Shown here one piece after another: positions 1-5,144 of a stretch of 5,968 nucleotides of DNA. A model generated the notes under the pieces. It did no database searches. It had not been told where the DNA came from and was given only the letters and a program-made list of their open reading frames with translations. The stretch is from a virus (lineage: Duplodnaviria; Heunggongvirae; Uroviricota; Caudoviricetes). The stretch lies in the IMG/VR virus record IMGVR_UViG_2778261214_000006. One strand, given 5' to 3'. The stretch's first letter is position 1; the number at the start of each line of letters is the position of its first letter. The translations under genes and the position numbers were made by a program.

Positions 1-78
1 CTTGTTGTATGTCTGCTCGTATTGATCATTATTGCTGAGTGTTTGTTGTACGTAACAGAGTCTGTTTGTACTGCGTAG
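1..78 (+). CDS. Possible 3' end of an upstream gene running off the left edge of the window
   Basis: Frame 1 is the only frame open from the window edge and runs to TAG at 76-78 (LVVCLLVLIIIAECLLYVTESVCTA*). No start is visible and the family is not recognised. Confidence 0.25.
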   Translation, partial: LVVCLLVLIIIAECLLYVTESVCTA

Positions 79-168
79 TGCACGAACCTAATTTTTAAGG
101 AGTGTCGCCAGAGTGCCGCGATGAAACGGGTATTGGCGGTATATGCAGTATATGGAGTTAAAAGATGA
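79..168 (+). pseudogene. ren: ren-like 3' remnant (C-terminal fragment only)
   Basis: In-frame translation CTNLIFKECRQSAAMKRVLAVYAVYGVKR* matches my recollection of the C-terminus of lambda Ren (...STNLVFKECRQSAAMKRVLAVYGVKR), with a 3-residue AVY duplication. The frame is closed immediately upstream by TAG 76-78 and upstream residues do not resemble Ren. The only ATG (121) would give a 15-aa peptide. Confidence 0.4.
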
Positions 169-193
169 CCATCTACATCACTGAGCTAATAAC

Positions 194-226
194 AGGCCTG
201 CTGGTAATCGCAGGCCTTTTTATTTG
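194..226 (+). terminator. Rho-independent terminator (tR2-like position between ren and the nin genes)
   Basis: Perfect 8-bp GC-rich inverted repeat AGGCCTGC (194-201) / GCAGGCCT (210-217) with an 8-nt loop, followed directly by TTTTTATTT (218-226). Seen directly in the sequence. Confidence 0.6.
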
Positions 227-464
227 GGGGAGAGTAAATCGTGGCTGAGTTTATGCTCGTCGCACTCAAATGCGTTGGCGTTTGATGGATTCTTCTGACG
301 TTATTTATTGTTCTGCATAGCTACATTCGTCTTGTGAATGACGGTAAAGACCCATGGTATACGTTGTTTGGCGCTGCATTTGTCTGGGTGATTATCGGTG
401 TTGCGCCTGTCGCTGTAGCAAAAATGGCGTGGCGTTTTGTGAGTTGAACTGAGGGTAAGTATCG

Positions 465-821
465 ATGGACGAATCAAGAAAGCAGTTTGAGGAATACGTT
501 GCCAAAAAATTGAGATTACCATTCGAGATGATAACCGAGGCAAGAAATGGTGATAGGTACTTCGCATTTTCAAGCATGGATATTCGTCACTCCTTAAATG
601 AGTGGTGGACTTTATGGCAGGCATCGCGAGCAGCTATTGAACTGGATATCGACTGGCCAGAATCGAATGACGACTTTTGGAAAGATGGTGAAGAAGGTGC
701 TTATGCGATGGGTTATGAGGATGGGCGTGACAAAACGGTAATTGCAGTAATGAAAGCTATCAGAGCCGCTGGAATTAAAGAGAAGAATTTCGATGAAGCA
801 AACAATATTCCTCCGAACTAA
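465..821 (+). CDS. Hypothetical acidic phage protein (118 aa), family not recognised
   Basis: ATG at 465 is preceded by GAGGG (451-455) at 9-nt spacing. The ORF has a 29-nt overlap with the ninB start. The protein is net acidic, rich in D/E and W, with no transmembrane segment. Confidence 0.6.
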   Translation: MDESRKQFEEYVAKKLRLPFEMITEARNGDRYFAFSSMDIRHSLNEWWTLWQASRAAIELDIDWPESNDDFWKDGEEGAYAMGYEDGRDKTVIAVMKAIRAAGIKEKNFDEANNIPPN

Positions 822-1203
822 GCAACAACAGCAAGCCGCAATCAACGCCATCCTCGCAACACCACTCGATAAAGACAAGCCAGTCACCATCCGCATTACT
901 GACTACAAGCGCAACCTTGACCAGAACGCAAAATTTCACGCGATGCTGGCGGATATCGCACGTCAGGTTCAATGGTGCGATAAGTGGTTAAAACCAGAAC
1001 AATGGAAGGTTTTGTTGATTAGCGGTCATGCAGTGGCAACAAAGCAGGAAGCTGATGTTTTGCCCGGCCTTGAAGGCGAATACGTCAACATTCGCGAAAG
1101 TAGCGCGCAGATGAGTGTGAAGCGTATGGCAAGTCTGATTGAGTACACGACAGCATGGGCTATTGGTCAGGGCGTCAGATTTACCGACAGGAGGTACGAA
1201 TGA
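793..1203 (+). CDS. ninB: NinB/Orf-family recombination protein
   Basis: 136-aa ORF with the N-terminal pattern [20 protein letters not shown] and the ...[20 protein letters not shown]... region resembling lambda NinB (Orf) as I recall it. It sits directly upstream of ninE, as in lambda. Confidence 0.8.
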   Translation: MKQTIFLRTKQQQQAAINAILATPLDKDKPVTIRITDYKRNLDQNAKFHAMLADIARQVQWCDKWLKPEQWKVLLISGHAVATKQEADVLPGLEGEYVNIRESSAQMSVKRMASLIEYTTAWAIGQGVRFTDRRYE

Positions 1204-1376
1204 GACGACAGCGACGAAGTATCACCGACATAATCTGTGAAAACTGCAAATACCTTCCAACGAAACGCTCCAGAAATAAACGCAAGCCAATCCCAAAAGA
1301 ATCTGACGTAAAAACCTTCAACTACACGGCTCACCTGTGGGATATCCGGTGGCTAAGACATCGTGCGAGGAAATGA
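1200..1376 (+). CDS. ninE: NinE protein
   Basis: ATG at 1200 overlaps the ninB stop (ATGA) and is preceded by AGGAGG (1189-1194) at 5-nt spacing. The product [58 protein letters not shown] is basic, 58 aa, and matches my recollection of lambda NinE. The ORF-track start at 1155 lies inside ninB and is rejected. Confidence 0.8.
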   Translation: MRRQRRSITDIICENCKYLPTKRSRNKRKPIPKESDVKTFNYTAHLWDIRWLRHRARK

Positions 1377-1780
1377 CAATGCTTTTAATTCAACCTGGAT
1401 TTGGACTTAGCATCAAAAAAGGCCACATGTTTGGCGAGAAAGAGTCACAACGAAAAATGGTGTCTATCCGGTTGCCATTTATCAGTATTTATTGGCTAAA
1501 CAGGGAGGCAACAAATTATTGGTATACATGCGCCAGAGCAGCATTTAACGACCCTGACTGGTTTGTGAAAAACCACCACGCAGTTCGTCAGGCAAAGAGA
1601 AAGGCCAATATGACATACATGAAGGCGTATCAAAAAGCATGGAAAGAACACCGCGATCGATACCAACAAGACATGGAAAAGCTTGAATCAGAAAACATGG
1701 AATTAAGACGAAAGCTCGGTGAAGCAAAACGAGACATTGATGCTTACAAGCGACTTTTTAATGGTGAAAGCCATGCTTAG
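1373..1780 (+). CDS. nin-region protein of unknown function (NinX-like by position between ninE and ninF)
   Basis: ATG 1373 overlaps the ninE stop (ATGA). The 135-aa product has a C-terminal predicted coiled coil (...[45 protein letters not shown]...). The start is uncertain, with internal Met alternatives; the GTG at 1337 lies inside ninE. Family assignment is by gene order only (P22 has ninX between ninE and ninF). Confidence 0.45.
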   Translation: MTMLLIQPGFGLSIKKGHMFGEKESQRKMVSIRLPFISIYWLNREATNYWYTCARAAFNDPDWFVKNHHAVRQAKRKANMTYMKAYQKAWKEHRDRYQQDMEKLESENMELRRKLGEAKRDIDAYKRLFNGESHA

Positions 1781-1949
1781 CCCATCCCAATCCCTTCAAT
1801 ACCAGAAAGAAAGCGTCGAGCGAGCTTTAACGTGCGCTAACTGCGGTCAGAAGCTGCATGTGCTGGAAGTTCACGTGTGTGAGTACTGCTGCGCAGAACT
1901 GATGAGCGATCCGAATAGCTCAATGTACGAGGAAGAAGACGATGAATGA
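1773..1949 (+). CDS. ninF: NinF protein (small Cys-rich, likely zinc-binding)
   Basis: ATG 1773 with GGTGA 5 nt upstream; 8-nt overlap with the preceding ORF's stop. The product [58 protein letters not shown] (58 aa) has a CxxC...CxxCC motif and an acidic tail, and matches my recollection of lambda NinF almost residue for residue. Confidence 0.7.
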   Translation: MLSPSQSLQYQKESVERALTCANCGQKLHVLEVHVCEYCCAELMSDPNSSMYEEEDDE

Positions 1950-2664
1950 GTTAATAAATGGCAATGCCATCAAAATGACAAGCATTGAAATAGCTGAGTT
2001 GGTGGGTAAGCGTCATGACAATGTGAAACGTACCATCGAAACGCTGGCTAAAAATGGTGTTATCCGGCTTCCTCAAATTGAGGTTTCCGAAAGAATCAAT
2101 AACTTAGGGTTCAATGTTCAGTACGAGCATTACGTCTTCGAGGGCGAACAAGGTAAGCGAGACAGTATTGTCGTTGTTGCCCAGTTGTCGCCAGAGTTCA
2201 CCGCTCGTCTTGTTGACCGTTGGCGAGAGCTTGAAGAAACTGCGGTTAATATCCCCAAAACGTTACCGGAAGCGTTGCGCCTTGCTGCTGATCTTGCTGA
2301 GCAGAAAATGCAACTGGAAAACCAGCTCGCAATTGCCGCACCTAAAGTTGAGTTTGCCGATCGCGTTGGCGAGGCCAGCGGAATTTTGATTGGAAACTTT
2401 GCAAAGGTTGTTGGTATTGGTCCAAACAAACTGTTTGCGTGGATGCGCGATCACAAAATCCTTATTGCTTCAGGTTCCCGGCGCAATGTGCCAATGCAGG
2501 AATATATGGATCGCGGCTATTTCACAGTGAAAGAAACAGCGGTCAACACAAATCACGGAATACAGATATCGTTCACCACAAAAATCACCGGGCGTGGTCA
2601 ACAGTGGCTGACCAGAAAGCTGCTCGATAACGGAATGCTGAAAGTAACAGGGGAGGCTGCTTAA
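1942..2664 (+). CDS. Phage antirepressor / regulatory protein, Rha-like N-terminal domain plus ANT (KilA-C) C-terminal domain
   Basis: 240-aa ORF; ATG 1942 with GAGGA at 8-nt spacing. The N-terminus (...MTSIEIAELVGKRHDNVKRTIETL...) is typical of Rha-family phage regulators. The C-terminal half (APKVEFADRV...LFAWMRDHKIL...MQEYMDRGYF) is typical of the antirepressor ANT/KilA-C domain. Confidence 0.75.
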   Translation: MNELINGNAIKMTSIEIAELVGKRHDNVKRTIETLAKNGVIRLPQIEVSERINNLGFNVQYEHYVFEGEQGKRDSIVVVAQLSPEFTARLVDRWRELEETAVNIPKTLPEALRLAADLAEQKMQLENQLAIAAPKVEFADRVGEASGILIGNFAKVVGIGPNKLFAWMRDHKILIASGSRRNVPMQEYMDRGYFTVKETAVNTNHGIQISFTTKITGRGQQWLTRKLLDNGMLKVTGEAA

Positions 2665-2954
2665 TGGCTAACCTACGCAAAGAATCTCGCGGCAGAGAAT
2701 GCCAGGTACGTATTTACGGCATATGCAATGGCAATCCTGAAACTACAGTTCTGGCACATTACCGGATGGCTGGAATTTGCGGAACGGGAATGAAGCCTGA
2801 CGACCTGATCGGCGCATGGGCTTGTAGCGCGTGTCACGATGAAATCGACCGACGCACCCATAACCTCGACAACAAAGACGCCAGACTTTACCACCTCGAA
2901 GGCGTGATCAGGACGCAGGCGATACTGCTGAAGGAGGGGAAGATTAAGTCATGA
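2664..2954 (+). CDS. ybcO: YbcO-like (DUF1364-type) putative metal-binding nuclease
   Basis: 96-aa ORF; TAATG overlap with the upstream stop and GGGAGG at 7-nt spacing. The product MANLRKESRGRECQVRIYGICNGNPETTVLAH...CSACHDEIDRR... has the conserved Cys/His pattern of DLP12 YbcO as I recall it, and lies immediately upstream of rusA as in DLP12/82-type nin regions. Confidence 0.75.
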   Translation: MANLRKESRGRECQVRIYGICNGNPETTVLAHYRMAGICGTGMKPDDLIGAWACSACHDEIDRRTHNLDNKDARLYHLEGVIRTQAILLKEGKIKS

Positions 2955-3313
2955 ACGAATATCAGTTTGTGCTTCCATACCCGCCGTCGGTGAATACCTA
3001 CTGGCGAAGACGGGGAAGCCAATACTACATCAGCGATAAAGGCCAGAAATACCGAAAAGACGTTCAGCAAATCATCCACCAACTCAAGTTAGATATTTTC
3101 ACCAAATCACGACTCCGCATCAAAGTAATCGCAGACGTTCCAGACTCCCGCCGCCGCGACCTAGATAACATCCTGAAGGGTTTACTCGACTCCCTTATCC
3201 ATGCCGGATTTGCGGAAGACGACGAGCAATTCGATGACATTCGCGTAATTCGTGGTGTGAAAGTACCAGGCGGACGGCTTGGAATAAAAATCACCGAACT
3301 GGAGAACGCATGA
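2951..3313 (+). CDS. rusA: Holliday junction resolvase RusA (crossover junction endodeoxyribonuclease)
   Basis: 120-aa ORF; ATGA overlap with the ybcO-like stop. The N-terminal LPYPPSVNTYWRRRG, the central DVPDSRRRDLDNILKGLLDSL (catalytic Asp cluster region) and the C-terminal GGRLGIKITELENA are characteristic of RusA. Confidence 0.9.
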   Translation: MNEYQFVLPYPPSVNTYWRRRGSQYYISDKGQKYRKDVQQIIHQLKLDIFTKSRLRIKVIADVPDSRRRDLDNILKGLLDSLIHAGFAEDDEQFDDIRVIRGVKVPGGRLGIKITELENA

Positions 3314-3498
3314 ACGCCACAATTCAAACGATACCAGAGCTTCTTATCCAGACACGAGGCAATCAGACCGAAGTGGCGAGGATGCTTTCCTGCGCAAGAG
3401 GAACAGTGCTCAAGTACAACCGAGACAGCAAAGGCGAGCGTCATGTAATAGTTAACGGCGTCCTGATGGTCAAACAGGGCAAGAGGGGAAGACGATGA
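3310..3498 (+). CDS. ninH: NinH-like small DNA-binding protein
   Basis: 62-aa ORF; ATGA overlap with the rusA stop and GGAG at 5-nt spacing. The core ...GNQTEVARMLSCARGTVLKY...VIVNGVLMV resembles lambda NinH (...GNQTEVARRLKCSRGTVRKY...AIVNDVLMV) as I recall it. Confidence 0.7.
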   Translation: MNATIQTIPELLIQTRGNQTEVARMLSCARGTVLKYNRDSKGERHVIVNGVLMVKQGKRGRR

Positions 3499-3584
3499 GA
3501 CTCGAAAGCGTAGCTAAATTTCATTCGCCAAAAAGCCCGATGATGAGCGACTCACTACTGGCCACAGTTTATTGGTTTTCGTAA
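3495..3584 (+). pseudogene. Q: Truncated N-terminal remnant of a lambda-type Q antiterminator gene
   Basis: ATG 3495 overlaps the ninH stop (ATGA). The first ~20 codons (MRLESVAKFHSPKSPMMSDS) match my recollection of the lambda Q N-terminus. The frame then diverges (LLATVYWFS) and stops at 3582-3584, so about 90% of the gene, including the zinc finger, is absent. Confidence 0.5.
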
Positions 3585-3626
3585 CTGAGTCATTTTATTA
3601 TTTTATTGCAACTTTTAATCTTTTAT

Positions 3627-3676
3627 AGTGCGAAATAAATGGAGCTGGCATTCATTTCGCACTTTATGTTTTTGTT
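3627..3676 (+). terminator. Inverted repeat with downstream T-rich tract; candidate terminator at the early-operon/accessory-gene junction
   Basis: 10-bp inverted repeat AGTGCGAAAT (3627-3636) / ATTTCGCACT (3654-3663) with a 17-nt loop, followed on the + strand by TTATGTTTTTGTT. The loop is long for a canonical intrinsic terminator, so this is a weaker call than the other two. Confidence 0.35.
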
Positions 3677-3709
3677 GGACTTATGTTATTTTGATTGAAT
3701 TCAATTCAG

Positions 3710-4669
3710 TTAAAAAAAGAAGGTGATTGCTCCATTTATAAATGAATAGTCATCCCCTGTCTTGAATTCTGATGTTACTTTATTAAATGCTAGTGTGAAG
3801 GCTACAGGTGCATACCCAATTGTTGCGCCAACTTGATATTCATCAACAGTTTTGTTTAGCGATACTGTTGTTTGTTTCGTCTGTATTGTTTTTCCTTCGA
3901 GAGTATAGTTGCGATTGACATCTCGTCTTTCCATACCTGCAAAAATCTTGTATTTGAATCCGCTTGTATCGGACATATGCATTAAACCACGGGGAGCCAG
4001 CAGACCAAAGCCATTATCCGAATTGAAGGTTTTATCATTACCAATGGCAATGGTTGCGCCATATGCTACATATTGAAATAAGTTTCCAGTAACAGCAGAA
4101 ACTTCAGGGTATAATCCAACATTAGCACCTAAAATATCCATACTTGGTGTCATGGATAGCATCCCTTTTACAGTATAACCGTAGCGATTCTCTATTTGAT
4201 CATCCCATGCATGATATTTTTCTGCCCCAATAATCTCATGAGCTTTATTTTGTACTTTCTGACCGCCTGCGTCGGGGCCAACAACACCTATGTCAGTACC
4301 TAATCGATAGCGAATCCAGTCATTCGCAAGGGAGTTCCATTCAATACCAGTGTGAGTGTATGCACTAAAAGCTCTGTCTCCAGTTACAGCTGTGTTGTGT
4401 CTTTTATTACTGCCTGATGGAGAGTAAATATCTTGCGCAATATGGAGAGATAATTGGCTCGAGTCTGAGATATCGTGGCTATATCCCAGAAATAAGCCTT
4501 GTGAGTAATCATCTCTGTTTTCATGTTTATTGCCATAAATATCATTAAGTATTGGTTGAAACTTCCCTGCATCATCATTTGCTAATGATAATGCAAGGCT
4601 GTTCGCGATAGCTGAACACGTGGTAAATGACAGAGCAATAAAGACGCCAGCGATGACACTTTTTTTCAT
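3710..4669 (-). CDS. lpxR: Outer-membrane beta-barrel protein, LpxR-like lipid A 3'-O-deacylase (accessory/moron gene)
   Basis: 319-aa ORF on the minus strand. The N-terminal Sec signal MKKSVIAGVFIALSFTTCSAIA ends in an AxA cleavage motif, and the C-terminus ...NGAITFFF is the aromatic terminal signature of outer-membrane beta-barrels. The predicted mature N-terminus NSLALSLANDD places Asn-Asp at positions 9-10, matching my recollection of the LpxR catalytic N-terminus. SD AGGAAG lies 10 nt upstream of the ATG. The gene and flanks are visibly more AT-rich than the nin genes. Confidence 0.7.
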   Translation of the reverse strand: MKKSVIAGVFIALSFTTCSAIANSLALSLANDDAGKFQPILNDIYGNKHENRDDYSQGLFLGYSHDISDSSQLSLHIAQDIYSPSGSNKRHNTAVTGDRAFSAYTHTGIEWNSLANDWIRYRLGTDIGVVGPDAGGQKVQNKAHEIIGAEKYHAWDDQIENRYGYTVKGMLSMTPSMDILGANVGLYPEVSAVTGNLFQYVAYGATIAIGNDKTFNSDNGFGLLAPRGLMHMSDTSGFKYKIFAGMERRDVNRNYTLEGKTIQTKQTTVSLNKTVDEYQVGATIGYAPVAFTLAFNKVTSEFKTGDDYSFINGAITFFF

Positions 4670-5144
4670 ATGTTATTGTCTTCCTTTTTTTTGAATGGTG
4701 CGCGTATTTTACATACATGAGTTTGTAATACAAGGTGCGTAATCAATATGATGTTTTATAATTGCGTGAGACAATTGATTTATTCGTTTTTTATTGCGGT
4801 TTTTATTATCTTTTAATGTAACGGTGTTTTTATTAAGTGTGTTTGTGTGGTGTTTTATGTTTTTTATAATTTTTATTTTATTAAATTTAAAAGCATTAGT
4901 AATGGCTATTCTATATAGCAATATAAGAACTGTTACAAAAAAAGGGGGGGCAATTACAGGTAGTTATGGATGATGAGTGAAACAGATATTGGAGAACCGG
5001 GGAATGAATGATGTCTGAGTCTTATATATCAGAACTCCTTCGCTGTCGCTGGGGGCTCCTGTGCTTATGTCGTTTCCCCGATTCGGTTTTGAACGATTAC
5101 CGAATGTTGAAGAATTATGCCAAAATATAGAAAGGATTTACTGC
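4670..5144. promoter_or_regulatory. AT-rich divergent intergenic region: expected lpxR promoter/5' leader and upstream region of the replacement Q
   Basis: Roughly 475 bp without a convincing ORF; 4690-4930 is extremely AT-rich with many T-runs. It must contain the promoter for the minus-strand gene that starts at 4669. No individual -35/-10 pair could be assigned confidently by eye. Confidence 0.4.
4937..4950. repeat. Abutting homopolymer tracts A7 then G7
   Basis: AAAAAAAGGGGGGG read directly at 4937-4950 in the intergenic region. A T8 tract also lies at 4685-4692, just upstream of the lpxR-like SD on the minus strand. Confidence 0.5.

Noticed and set aside
165-248. 27-codon ORF with a GGAG ribosome-binding site encoding a hydrophobic peptide (MTIYITELITGLLVIAGLFIWGRVNRG), which could pass for a small membrane protein or type I toxin
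   Set aside because: The hydrophobic core is encoded exactly by the GC-rich terminator hairpin and T-run at 194-226. Terminators commonly translate into Leu/Val/Gly/Phe-rich strings, so the terminator is the simpler explanation. It cannot be excluded without expression data.
334-447. Short + strand ORFs between the terminator and the 118-aa gene (GTG-initiated hydrophobic 37-aa ORF and a Cys-rich ATG ORF at 354)
   Set aside because: No convincing Shine-Dalgarno sequence, non-ATG or very short, and below any length at which I can judge coding potential by eye.
301-972. Minus-strand ORFs 301-624, 392-577, 612-896 and 775-972
   Set aside because: They lie antisense to the intergenic region, the 118-aa ORF and ninB. 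Products are low-complexity with no recognisable features or start context, and the coupled + strand gene set explains the region.
1155-1376. Extended start at 1155 for ninE and extended start at 1337 for the following ORF (as given in the ORF track)
   Set aside because: Both extensions run inside the preceding gene in another frame. The downstream ATGs at 1200 and 1373 have ATGA stop-start overlaps, 1200 also has an AGGAGG site, and the ninE product matches the known length.
1545-1727. Minus-strand 60-aa ORF inside the NinX-like gene
   Set aside because: Antisense to a coupled operon gene, with no RBS or recognisable motif.
2114-3444. Alternative-frame and antisense ORFs overlapping the antirepressor, ybcO-like, rusA and ninH genes (2114-2389 +, 2130-2429 -, 2263-2454 -, 2439-2630 +, 2673-2894 -, 2888-3082 -, 3064-3444 -)
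   Set aside because: Each is fully contained within a gene that has clear family-level sequence signatures. Their products are Ser/Arg/Ala-rich low-complexity, typical of off-frame translation.
4384-4578. Minus-strand 64-aa ORF in an alternative frame inside the lpxR-like gene
   Set aside because: Nested in a different frame of the same strand as the well-supported 319-aa ORF; no independent support.
4709-4921. Minus-strand 70-aa ORF in the AT-rich intergenic region
   Set aside because: The product is Lys/Asn/Ile-rich low-complexity, as expected from translating AT-rich non-coding DNA, with no RBS. The region is better read as promoter/leader DNA.
5061-5144. N-terminal extension of Q from GTG 5061 (257-aa version in the ORF track)
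   Set aside because: GTG start without a Shine-Dalgarno sequence. The ATG at 5145 has AAAGGA at 8-nt spacing and gives an N-terminus (MNTQYLQY...) typical of this Q family. Kept as an alternative only.
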